The translations under genes were made by a program, and so were the position numbers. Below the pieces are notes generated by a model that was not told the DNA's origin, ran no database searches, and was given only the letters and a program-made list of their open reading frames with translations. 24,000 nt of DNA, from contig JBHOGO010000045.1 of the NCBI GenBank assembly GCA_043421945.1, positions 467 through 24,466 on the forward strand. Reading direction: 5' to 3'. Positions 16,489 through 24,000 of this stretch are shown piece by piece. Source of the stretch: a bacterium sp. HQB-150. Its GTDB lineage: Bacteria; Pseudomonadota; Gammaproteobacteria; Enterobacterales; Vibrionaceae. How positions within the stretch are numbered: the stretch's first letter is position 1; each line of letters opens with the position of its first letter.

Positions 16489-16611
16489 TTAGTTCTGTTG
16501 TTCTGGTTGCTCTTGCGGTGTGTCGTCAGGCATATATAAAGCCCCGCTTTGACCACATCCCGCCAGCGCCATCACACCCAGTAAAATTAACGCGAAAAAT
16601 CGTATTTGCAT
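16489..16611 (-). CDS. lptM: Small LptM/YifL-type lipoprotein (40 aa), not in the ORF track
   Basis: My translation of the - strand is MQIRFFALILLGVMALAGCGQSGALYMPDDTPQEQPEQQN*. It has the lipobox L-A-G-C followed by the G-x-x-G-x-L-Y-x-P motif of E. coli YifL (..LTGCGLKGPLYFPP..). It sits at the head of the dapF operon, as yifL does in E. coli. Confidence 0.8.
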   Translation of the reverse strand: MQIRFFALILLGVMALAGCGQSGALYMPDDTPQEQPEQQN

Positions 16612-16697
16612 CGGCATTTATACCGTAATCGAGTGATTATCATTCCAATGCCTTCTATAATCGCACCCACACTAGGAAAAGCAATAGGGTAAACCGA

Positions 16698-17012
16698 ATG
16701 AATACCACCGAATTTCACACGCTGGCAGATGAACTGTTCGCCGCTATTGAGGAAGGGATTGATGAGTCAGGTGCAGATATTGAATCAGAAATGTCTGGAA
16801 ACGTACTGACCTTAGAATTTGAAAATCGCAGCCAAATTGTGATTAATCGCCAAGAGCCAATGAAAGAGATCTGGCTCGCATCCAAGACCGGCGGCTACCA
16901 CTTCAAATTTAACGGTGAAGCATGGATTTGTAGTCGCAGTGGTTTGGAGTTTGTGTCAATGCTGAAAGCTGAATGCTCTCTGCATGCTGGAGAAGACGTG
17001 AGCTGGGACTAA
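16698..17012 (+). CDS. cyaY: Frataxin-like iron-sulfur cluster assembly protein CyaY
   Basis: 104-aa ORF. M...EFH.LAD.L, GVLT-like (NVLTLEFENRSQIVINRQEP..IWLA.K.GGYHF......W.C.RSG) is collinear with E. coli CyaY. It is adjacent and convergent to cyaA. Confidence 0.93.
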   Translation: MNTTEFHTLADELFAAIEEGIDESGADIESEMSGNVLTLEFENRSQIVINRQEPMKEIWLASKTGGYHFKFNGEAWICSRSGLEFVSMLKAECSLHAGEDVSWD

Positions 17013-17060
17013 TGCCTCCTCACGCACCACTTGGCACCACGGCCTAGCAGCCAAAAATGC

Positions 17061-17089
17061 AAAAAGGCCGACGATAACGTCGGCCTTTT
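17061..17089. terminator. Bidirectional Rho-independent terminator between cyaY and cyaA
   Basis: AAAAA-GGCCGACG-ATAA-CGTCGGCC-TTTT. It has a perfect 8-bp GC-rich stem (17066-17073 / 17078-17085) flanked by an A-run and a T-run. Confidence 0.85.
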
Positions 17090-17159
17090 GGTATTCATAC
17101 TTTCACGATGAAGTAACAGTCGCTCAAATTACACGATGAGAGCAGTAACAAGTTTGACG

Positions 17160-19730
17160 CTATCTTCCTAGTGCTTGCTGCAATGACAGTGGTGGCTCAA
17201 CCATCTCACCATCGACTTTACCACTCTTATAAGGCAGTACTTGAACACCACCGTCTGCACTTCCCACAATGTCGTAAAACTGCGGTAAATTAAAGTTGAT
17301 GAAGTTTGCACTATGCTTCACGCGCCCTTGCGCCGATGTATAGAACTGGCTAACGCCATGCACCATGTCATCTTTATGACCACTGCACTGGCTATAGACT
17401 TCCATTCGATTCGCTTCATCGAGAATATAGATGTTATACCCATCCTCACAATCTTCGAAAAAGAATTGAATGAGGCCTTCGCTCGCAAACGTATCAACGA
17501 TCTCTGGCGGGCGTGGGTCACCTTTTTTCAGCATCATCTCACTGCTTGTACGAATCTTCGTACTGGAAATCGTGCTGTAAAAATCGACTGAATTTTCAAG
17601 CTTCTGTACTGACACACCACGGCGCTCAAAAAACAGCCCGTGGGTTTGATTGGCGATTCGAATCGCCTTAAAGCGACGACGCTTATCTTGCTCAAGGGGA
17701 CGTAAGCGCATTTCAATACACTCCGCGACCAATTGATAAACAATATTACGAATCAAACCGCGCATGTGCTTGCTATAACAGAAGACATCCACTGCCTCTG
17801 GTGGAATCGCATCTTGGTGCATCTTACCGAGTACGGTTTTGAGCGCATCAAGCATGGCGTTTTCACCACTAAAGTGCAGCGTTCGCACCTCATTCCAAGA
17901 GTTACGGTACACAAAGTCAACACTGCCGACCAAGCATGCTCGCTGATCACCAAAACTGAAAATATCTGTATTCTTAAAGTCGAATTTCACCGCTTTGCTG
18001 TTTAGGCGCGTTGTCGGGTCATTTTCTAAGTTGATGAACATCGCTAATTGGCGAATTTCACACGGGCTTGCTAATGCCTGCATCCCCGGCTTTGCTCTGC
18101 GTAATGAGAATGTATTACGCATATCGCTCACCATTTGGTAGAGCTTATCAATGTCTAAGTTGGCATTGCGCACCACGCTATGAAGGTGCGTCGTATCCGT
18201 CAATAGCCCATTGAAAAAGGCCCAAGCAACGAGTTTTGATAGATAGATATTACTTTCTAGCGGCGCTTTCCCCAAGATTTCTGTCGGCTGCAAAGACTGC
18301 TTATACAGGTACCAACCTTGCGGCATACTGCGATTCGGACCCACTTCGATGAAGCTCAGATCGGTTTCATGCATATCAGGAGAGAGCTGTTGATTCAGTA
18401 AATCAACTTTACCCGGCAATACCTCAAAAGCGGCATAAAGCTTACGCGCCAAAATGCTGATGTCTTCAGGGCTTATCGTTGCAGTAATACTGTTGCGTCT
18501 AGCAAAGCGAATTAAATTACGATAGCTCAGCATTAACGCATCAAGTAACTCGTTGTGTGCTGGCTTAACCTGCTCGACCTTCCAGTGACGACGGTTATCT
18601 AACTCGTTCAAGGTTTCGTGCTGCCAACCCCACTCAGAGGTCAGTTGCGCTAAAATGTCACGACGCCATGGCATCGAGCCATTCGACGTTTCACGTGTTA
18701 GCTTTTCATGCGTTTTGAGATAGAAGCAACGACGGACAAGATCGAGTCGACGGTGATCGCCAATTCGCTCTAGGTATCGCGTTACTTTGTCCAACATGAG
18801 GAAGTAAGCATCGAGACCAAACGCTGACGCTTGTTGCGAAGAATCATAGTTCGTCGCGTAAAAACGCCGTTTGCTATCGACACTCAATAATTGAGTATGC
18901 GGGTATTCACACGAGTAAGCTTCGAGCAAAATCGCTTTTAGTACTGATTTGTATGGGGAGTCAATACTCTTGTAGAGCTGCCATAAGCTAGAGCCGAAAT
19001 ACTCTTCCGCTGGGATACGGCTTAATCCGCCAAAATCAATCCACTCATCACGGCGCAGCATTTTTTGCAATTCAAGCTGATCAAGATAATCGTCATAACA
19101 CTCTTCCATCTCTGGAGGCACCATAAACCATAACAAGCGCTTACCAGCAAGGTGCAACGCTGAACGATAAAACTCGTCAAGCAGTAATAAATGCTGGCTT
19201 GAGCCACAGTTTTCACCGGTCATTTGCTCAGAGTAATTAAAACGAAAACGTTGGTCATCAATCAGGAAAAAGTTGGCTTCTACGCCTTGGGTCAAAGCCC
19301 ATTCAGAAATGCAGCTACATTTGTGCTCTAGTTGTTCACGTTGCACCATAGGCATGGCATGATCAACACAGACCCACAGGTCTAAGTCACTGGTGAGGCT
19401 TTGCCCAAGAGAAGCGGTACTGCCCATGGCGTAAAGACCATCAATGGCAGGTTCAACTTGAGTGGAAAGTTCATCAACGGTCAGCGAGACAGTTAACGTA
19501 CAGTCTTGTAAGAATTGAGTTTGCTGTTCAGACAGCACAAAGCCGTCAATACCAACAGGCACGTCAGCATTTACATAACCGGGTATTGCTGGGTGATTGA
19601 ACTGCAAGAGTGCAGGCAACAGATCAAAAATCTGTTGTTGAATAGGGTTCATAGCCGCTTTGGCGCGCCCAAGACGAAGCTCAGTATGCGCGTCATAACG
19701 ACGGATTAACGATTCAATATAGGTATGCAA
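17160..19730 (-). CDS. cyaA: Class I adenylate cyclase
   Basis: 856-aa ORF, collinear with E. coli CyaA over its whole length as I recall it. Examples: YIE.L..R.DA...LR, MGSTAS.GQS..SDLD.WVC, GSSQHLLLLDEFYR.A..LAGKR, SLWQLYKSIDSPYK, RNSWNEVRTLHF.GE, INFNLPQFY. The start codon is TTG (19728-19730) with a GGAAGAG RBS 4 nt upstream, aligned to the E. coli UUG start. Confidence 0.95.
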   Translation of the reverse strand: MHTYIESLIRRYDAHTELRLGRAKAAMNPIQQQIFDLLPALLQFNHPAIPGYVNADVPVGIDGFVLSEQQTQFLQDCTLTVSLTVDELSTQVEPAIDGLYAMGSTASLGQSLTSDLDLWVCVDHAMPMVQREQLEHKCSCISEWALTQGVEANFFLIDDQRFRFNYSEQMTGENCGSSQHLLLLDEFYRSALHLAGKRLLWFMVPPEMEECYDDYLDQLELQKMLRRDEWIDFGGLSRIPAEEYFGSSLWQLYKSIDSPYKSVLKAILLEAYSCEYPHTQLLSVDSKRRFYATNYDSSQQASAFGLDAYFLMLDKVTRYLERIGDHRRLDLVRRCFYLKTHEKLTRETSNGSMPWRRDILAQLTSEWGWQHETLNELDNRRHWKVEQVKPAHNELLDALMLSYRNLIRFARRNSITATISPEDISILARKLYAAFEVLPGKVDLLNQQLSPDMHETDLSFIEVGPNRSMPQGWYLYKQSLQPTEILGKAPLESNIYLSKLVAWAFFNGLLTDTTHLHSVVRNANLDIDKLYQMVSDMRNTFSLRRAKPGMQALASPCEIRQLAMFINLENDPTTRLNSKAVKFDFKNTDIFSFGDQRACLVGSVDFVYRNSWNEVRTLHFSGENAMLDALKTVLGKMHQDAIPPEAVDVFCYSKHMRGLIRNIVYQLVAECIEMRLRPLEQDKRRRFKAIRIANQTHGLFFERRGVSVQKLENSVDFYSTISSTKIRTSSEMMLKKGDPRPPEIVDTFASEGLIQFFFEDCEDGYNIYILDEANRMEVYSQCSGHKDDMVHGVSQFYTSAQGRVKHSANFINFNLPQFYDIVGSADGGVQVLPYKSGKVDGEMVEPPLSLQQALGR

Positions 19731-19830
19731 CGTACTCTTCCAAGAGCGGCTAACACCGACCAGCTCACATAATGTCCAAATTCAGACAACTGCCATACAG
19801 GTGACTAACGAGTAGACTATTCCGACGCAA

Positions 19831-19852
19831 AAACGTGATCAATATAACACTT
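19831..19852. promoter_or_regulatory. Candidate cAMP-CRP binding site upstream of cyaA
   Basis: AAACGTGATCAATATAACACTT matches the 22-bp CRP consensus AAATGTGATCTAGATCACATTT at 17/22 positions by my count (half-sites cGTGA / TaACA, 6-nt spacer). Its centre is about 110 nt upstream of the cyaA TTG. Confidence 0.35.
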
Positions 19853-19869
19853 TACCCCTCAACGGTAAA
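19841..19869 (-). promoter_or_regulatory. Candidate sigma70 promoter for cyaA, overlapped by the CRP-like site
   Basis: On the - strand: -35 TTTACC (19869-19864), a 17-nt spacer, then -10 TATATT (19846-19841). The -10 lies inside the CRP-like 22-mer. Confidence 0.3.
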
Positions 19870-19908
19870 GAAATTGACACACTTCAGTCTCAAAACTTTA
19901 TGCAACAC

Positions 19909-19925
19909 AGGCATATAATATGCCT
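19909..19925. promoter_or_regulatory. Perfect 17-bp palindrome AGGCATAT-A-ATATGCCT containing a consensus TATAAT; candidate operator or -10 element
   Basis: Read directly. The arms are 19909-19916 and 19918-19925. TATAAT on the + strand is at 19914-19919. It lies in the 390-bp cyaA-hemC divergent spacer, and I found no good -35 at 16-18 nt. Confidence 0.3.
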
Positions 19926-20132
19926 TTTCCCTGCTGTTACAAAAAAGTAGCTTAACTCGCCTTTCACCTCAGCTTAATTATAGTGCCACCCACCTCATTA
20001 TGAGACATTTATCACACTTTCTTTTTCAGAATGCCTGAAAACGGTAAATAATTCGATCAAATTCACATCTAGAATTGTTCCCAAACGCAGCAATGATACG
20101 ATATTCACACCTCATATAATTTGGATAAACGC

Positions 20133-21068
20133 ATGACCCACAAACCGCTTCGTATCGCCACGCGACAAAGTGCACTTGCACTCTGGCAGGCTGAGTATGT
20201 TAAAGCAGAGTTAGAAAAAAATCACCCACAATTGGAAGTGATATTAATTCCAATGGTGACGAAAGGTGACATCATACTCGATACCCCCCTCGCCAAAGTC
20301 GGTGGTAAAGGTTTGTTCGTTAAAGAATTAGAGAATGCCATGCTCGAAGATAGAGCCGATCTCGCCGTTCACTCCATGAAAGATGTCCCAGTCGAATTCC
20401 CAGAAGGACTCGGCTTAGTGACGATCTGTGAGCGAGAAGACCCTCGCGATGCATTCGTTTCCAACCACTATGAGAACCTAACCTCATTACCAAAAGGCGC
20501 GGTGGTTGGCACCTGTAGTTTACGCCGCGAATGCCAACTACGCGCTGAACGTCCAGACCTGATCATTAAAAACCTGCGTGGTAATGTGAATACCCGTCTT
20601 CGTAAGCTCGATGAGGGGCAATACGATGCCATCATACTCGCTTGTGCTGGCCTACTGCGTCTCGGCATGGGTGAACGCATCAAAGAGTCACTATCACCCG
20701 AGCAAAGCCTGCCTGCTGTCGGCCAAGGCGCTGTCGGTATAGAGTGCCGCCTTGATGATGAGCGTACACGCGCCCTTATCGCTCCATTAGGTCATAGAGA
20801 TACGCGAGATCGCGTTTTAACAGAGCGCGCAATGAACAACCACTTACAAGGTGGATGCCAAGTTCCGATTGCCAGCTATGCATTGCTCGACGGTGAGGAC
20901 GTATGGCTAAGAGCATTGGTTGGCAAGCCCGACGGTACCGTGATGGTCAGAGGTGAGATTCGTGGCCCACGAACTCAAGGTGAAGCGCTGGGGAAAGAAC
21001 TCGCACAGCGATTACTTGACGACGGCGCCAAAGCCATTCTAGACAAACTCTACGCTGACGCCCCATGA
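20133..21068 (+). CDS. hemC: Hydroxymethylbilane synthase (porphobilinogen deaminase)
   Basis: [70 protein letters not shown] and [17 protein letters not shown] are near-identical to E. coli HemC. I prefer ATG 20133 over the track TTG at 20121, based on alignment of the N-terminus. Confidence 0.94.
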   Translation: MTHKPLRIATRQSALALWQAEYVKAELEKNHPQLEVILIPMVTKGDIILDTPLAKVGGKGLFVKELENAMLEDRADLAVHSMKDVPVEFPEGLGLVTICEREDPRDAFVSNHYENLTSLPKGAVVGTCSLRRECQLRAERPDLIIKNLRGNVNTRLRKLDEGQYDAIILACAGLLRLGMGERIKESLSPEQSLPAVGQGAVGIECRLDDERTRALIAPLGHRDTRDRVLTERAMNNHLQGGCQVPIASYALLDGEDVWLRALVGKPDGTVMVRGEIRGPRTQGEALGKELAQRLLDDGAKAILDKLYADAP

Positions 21069-21841
21069 CACTAGCCATTGTCAGGCCTGCCCCCGAATGC
21101 CACCAGCTCGTAGAGCGACTCAATGATGCCGGTATCCCTGCGATAGCGGCACCCATAATGACATTCGAACCTGGGCGAGATGCCGAACAATGGCCAGCTA
21201 TTTTAGCCAGCCTAAAGCCTGCTGATATCATCATTGCTGTCAGTAAAACTGCGGTCACATTTAGCTCGCAGATAATGACTCAGCACAATATAAAATGGCG
21301 CAAAGATGTTCACTATATAGCGGTAGGAGAAAGTTCTGCTGAGCAACTTAAAGCGGCCACAGGACAAACCGTTCACTTTCCTCAGCAGGCAGACAGCGAA
21401 GGTGTGCTAGCGTTACCGATTCTCGGCAACGTGACACAGCGCAGAATTGTGATCCTTCGCGGTCAAAATGGACGAGAATTAATCAAAGACACACTAGCCG
21501 CGAAAGGGGCCTGTGTGGCATATTGCGAGGTATACCAACGACATTGGCAACATATTGAGCCCTCTCAACTCTACCGTCGTTGGCATAACAAGGTGACTGG
21601 TGTCGTTATCACCAGCCAAGCACAACTTGAACATTTATGGGCAAGCTGTGCACCTCAGCACCAAACATGGCTGCAATCGCTGCCATTATGGGTACCCAGC
21701 AAACGGGTTGCCTTATACGCCCAAAACTTGGGCTTTCGCACAATTTCAAGCGTGAACAGTGCCGCCAATAGCGCACTGTTTGCTACCCTAAGCGTGACTA
21801 GCAGAACGGGACAAACGGATGACCAGCAAAAAAAACAGTAA
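21065..21841 (+). CDS. hemD: Uroporphyrinogen-III synthase
   Basis: 258-aa ORF whose ATG overlaps the hemC stop (ATGA). It holds the conserved hemC-hemD position. [24 protein letters not shown] parallels E. coli HemD ([30 protein letters not shown]). Confidence 0.9.
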   Translation: MTLAIVRPAPECHQLVERLNDAGIPAIAAPIMTFEPGRDAEQWPAILASLKPADIIIAVSKTAVTFSSQIMTQHNIKWRKDVHYIAVGESSAEQLKAATGQTVHFPQQADSEGVLALPILGNVTQRRIVILRGQNGRELIKDTLAAKGACVAYCEVYQRHWQHIEPSQLYRRWHNKVTGVVITSQAQLEHLWASCAPQHQTWLQSLPLWVPSKRVALYAQNLGFRTISSVNSAANSALFATLSVTSRTGQTDDQQKKQ

Positions 21842-23144
21842 TAATCTCAAGCAAGAAACAACGGATACTGAGACTAAGCAAGGACAAGCGAGCACTACTG
21901 CCGCTGGTAAAGACTCACCAACATCAAAAGACAATACGGTGAAAACAGATCCTAAATCGACATCAGAGTCGCCGACAGAGGCCTCTTCAGGCGCCGCTGA
22001 TGCTCAAACCACGGACTCAACCCCAACAGATTCAAGCGCCTCTGATACACCAAGCACAACTGAACCCAATGCGACGAAAGAGACCACCACTGCAGAGCCA
22101 AAGCAAAAAGCAAAAGGCAGCAAGACAGGCATCGTCGCGATCGTTGTAGCGATTATTCTCAGTGGCGGTTTGTATTACTACGGTCAACAAGAGATCGACG
22201 CACAGCACCGACATATTGCGATGCTAGAAAAGCAACTTGATGACCAAAAGCTAGACCTACGTGCCAGCGAAGAGCGCATGAACACCAGCGCGACACAGAT
22301 GCGTGGTGAGGTCTCTGATATCCGCTCTTTAACTGATGTACGTATTGAGCAGCAAGAACAATCTGTCGTTGGCTTACAGCGCGCACTGGCTGATGTGGAA
22401 GGTCGTCGCCCGAATGACTGGCTACTCGCTGAAGCGGATTATTTGTTAAAAATGGCAGGGCGTAAATTATGGCTTGAGCATGATGTAGCCAGTGCAACCA
22501 TGCTGGTACAGTCTGCTGATGTCCGCTTGGCTGAATTAAACGATCCAAGCTTAATGCCAATTCGTCGCGCAATGGCAAGCGACATCACCTCACTGAAATC
22601 AGTTGAAGTGATTGACCGAGACGGTTTAGTCCTCGCCCTCACCAGCCTCCAACAGCAAATCGATACCCTACCGTTGTCGAATGCCATTATTCCTGCCGCT
22701 GAAGCACAAGCGCCAGCGGCTGTTTCTTCTGACATTTCAGATTGGCAAAACAACCTAAAGACTTCACTGGTTGATTTCAGCGAAAACTTTATTACTTATC
22801 GTAAGCGCGATGGTGATGTCATTCCATTACTTACGCCTGACCAACACTTCTACTTAAAAGAGAACATTAAGTCGAAGTTAGAGACAGCGATTAAGTCGGT
22901 GTATCGCGAGCAAGAGACACTCTACAACACCTCACTCACCATTGCGGGTGAATGGTCAGCAGACTTCTTTGATAGCGAGTCACCCGCTGTGCAGAGCTTC
23001 CTACAACGCCTCGATGAGCTAAGTCAGCAGACTATCGAAGTCGATTACCCTGAAGCATTGCAATCACAGCCACTCGTCAGCGACATGATCAATGAACGTG
23101 TTCGTACCATGGTTACCTCAATTAATGACACTGAAGGGGCATAG
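21819..23144 (+). CDS. hemX: HemX-family inner-membrane protein (annotated historically as putative uroporphyrinogen-III C-methyltransferase)
   Basis: 441-aa ORF overlapping the hemD 3' end by 23 nt. A single TM segment (GIVAIVVAIILSGGLYYYG) follows a roughly 100-aa T/S/D/P/K-rich tail. W.LAEADYLLK.AGRKLW...DV..A...L.SAD..LAE.NDPSL...RRA...DI..L matches E. coli HemX. Confidence 0.9.
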   Translation: MTSKKNSNNLKQETTDTETKQGQASTTAAGKDSPTSKDNTVKTDPKSTSESPTEASSGAADAQTTDSTPTDSSASDTPSTTEPNATKETTTAEPKQKAKGSKTGIVAIVVAIILSGGLYYYGQQEIDAQHRHIAMLEKQLDDQKLDLRASEERMNTSATQMRGEVSDIRSLTDVRIEQQEQSVVGLQRALADVEGRRPNDWLLAEADYLLKMAGRKLWLEHDVASATMLVQSADVRLAELNDPSLMPIRRAMASDITSLKSVEVIDRDGLVLALTSLQQQIDTLPLSNAIIPAAEAQAPAAVSSDISDWQNNLKTSLVDFSENFITYRKRDGDVIPLLTPDQHFYLKENIKSKLETAIKSVYREQETLYNTSLTIAGEWSADFFDSESPAVQSFLQRLDELSQQTIEVDYPEALQSQPLVSDMINERVRTMVTSINDTEGA

Positions 23145-23145
23145 A

Positions 23146-24000
23146 ATGATTCGACTAATTCTACTTGTCGCTGCACTGGTCGCTGGGGCCTTCTTCGGAC
23201 CAATGCTCGCCAATATGCAAGGCTACGTGCTTATTTCAGTGGCAGGGCACACTCTGGAAATGAGTGTCACCACACTGCTTTTCGCGATTATTGTCTTGTT
23301 TGGTGCCTTTTTCTTACTTGAAAATATCATCAAGTTTATCTTCTCTCGCTTCAGTGCGACCAAGGGATGGTTTACAGGGCGTAAGACCAAGAAAGCTCGC
23401 GAATTAACCGCAATGAGCCAAACAAAGATGTTTGAGGGTGACTGGCTGCAAGCCGAAAAGCTCGCACTTAAAGGGGCTACTCACAACAAAGATAACCCTG
23501 AACTCAACTACCTCATGGCCGCAGAAGCGGCGCAAGGGCTAGGTAACGTCTCGCTACGTGATAAGCATTTAGCGTTGGCAGAGAAAACGCAGAAAAGCGA
23601 CTTTGCCGTACGACTAACCCGTGCTCGCTTACAGTTTCAGCACAAGCAATATGAAGAAGCATTGGCGACACTACAGCAATTACACTCACAACAGCGCAGC
23701 AATCCTGTTGTCTTGACGCTGCTGCGTGATAGCTATATCGCTCTGCAAGATTGGCAGCCTCTGATCAAGTTATTACCAACTTTGAAAAAGTTTAATCTCA
23801 TTACTGAAAAAGAGTATGTGGATTTGAATGACCAAGCAGAGTGTGGCGTGATGGCACAGATCACTAAACTGCGTGGCAGTGAGGGGCTATTGAGCCACTG
23901 GCATAGCTTAAACAAACGAGCACGCCAGAACAGCAAGCTACTCGCCTGTTTTGTTGACCAAATGATTGCCCGTCAAGCTGACAATCAAGCCTATACCATT
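23146..24000 (+). CDS. hemY: HemY-family protein (TPR-containing inner-membrane protein), 3' end beyond the window
   Basis: Not in the ORF track because no stop lies within the window. My translation from ATG 23146, 1 nt after the hemX TAG, is open for all 285 codons: MIRLILLVAALVAGAFFGPMLANMQGYVLISVAGHTLEMSVTTLLF...GWFTGRKTKKAR... This parallels E. coli HemY (..GPMIAGHQGYVLIQ..,..GWFVGRKRRRAR..). Confidence 0.88.
   Translation, partial: MIRLILLVAALVAGAFFGPMLANMQGYVLISVAGHTLEMSVTTLLFAIIVLFGAFFLLENIIKFIFSRFSATKGWFTGRKTKKARELTAMSQTKMFEGDWLQAEKLALKGATHNKDNPELNYLMAAEAAQGLGNVSLRDKHLALAEKTQKSDFAVRLTRARLQFQHKQYEEALATLQQLHSQQRSNPVVLTLLRDSYIALQDWQPLIKLLPTLKKFNLITEKEYVDLNDQAECGVMAQITKLRGSEGLLSHWHSLNKRARQNSKLLACFVDQMIARQADNQAYTI

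Noticed and set aside
16460-16697. Lysine riboswitch (L-box) upstream of lysA
   Set aside because: Only 29 nt separate lptM and lysA, and only 86 nt lie upstream of lptM. That is too short for an L-box of about 180 nt, and no conserved L-box helices were seen.
17104-17150. Imperfect direct repeat CACGATGA-AGTAACAG / CACGATGAGAGCAGTAACA between the cyaY-cyaA terminator and the cyaA stop
   Set aside because: It is short and interrupted by a 3-nt indel. It has no flanking inverted repeats or an associated ORF. It cannot be distinguished from chance or local duplication, and I can propose no function.
20052-20067. Second CRP-like element TTCGA-N6-TCACA about 70 nt upstream of hemC
   Set aside because: Only one half-site matches well, and the other matches at 3/5 positions. 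It is too weak to call without a PWM score or binding data.
22159-22753. 139-aa and 104-aa ORFs antisense to hemX
   Set aside because: They lie fully inside the strongly supported hemX reading frame. Long antisense ORFs are common opposite coding sequence. They show no motifs or RBS.
1-24000. A hidden novel defence, secretion or biosynthetic multi-gene system
   Set aside because: Of the 24 genes, 21 match well-known housekeeping families in conserved synteny. The other three are a lipoprotein, a GNAT gene and a DUF484 gene. They are dispersed single genes rather than a cluster. There are no nuclease, ATPase, toxin or mobile-element hallmarks, and no compositional break obvious by eye.

Overview
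This window looks like ordinary core chromosome from a gammaproteobacterium. From memory, the gene order resembles Vibrionaceae; I cannot verify that here. It joins the equivalents of several E. coli neighbourhoods: pldB-yigL, yhiN-uspB-uspA, yigM, the lptM(yifL)-dapF-yigA-xerC-yigB operon (here with lysA inserted), cyaY, cyaA and hemCDXY. I support 24 protein-coding genes. Two are absent from the ORF track: a 40-aa LptM/YifL-type lipoprotein, and hemY, which is truncated by the window end. Several track ORFs have N-terminal extensions that I trimmed (lipoprotein, ftnA, dapF, xerC, hemC). Four genes use non-ATG starts: cyaA TTG, lysA TTG, the GNAT gene TTG and yigM GTG. I see no tRNA or rRNA genes, CRISPR array, transposase, phage genes or defence-like cluster. 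The only recombinase is the housekeeping XerC in its conserved operon. I therefore find no convincing new multi-gene system. The leads worth a second look are modest. (1) A 518-aa multi-module lipoprotein of unknown function between yigL and a DTW-domain gene. (2) A perfect 7x heptanucleotide tandem repeat just after the DTW gene stop. (3) cyaA control signals: a conserved TTG start, a CRP-like site overlapping a candidate -10, and a perfect 17-bp palindrome in the cyaA-hemC spacer. (4) An intrinsic terminator about 22 nt upstream of the yhiN start codon. (5) A 47-bp convergent 3' overlap of yigM and yigB. (6) HemX with a roughly 100-aa low-complexity N-terminal tail. All functional calls rest on my recognition of conserved motifs and recalled E. 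coli homolog sequences. No database search was run.
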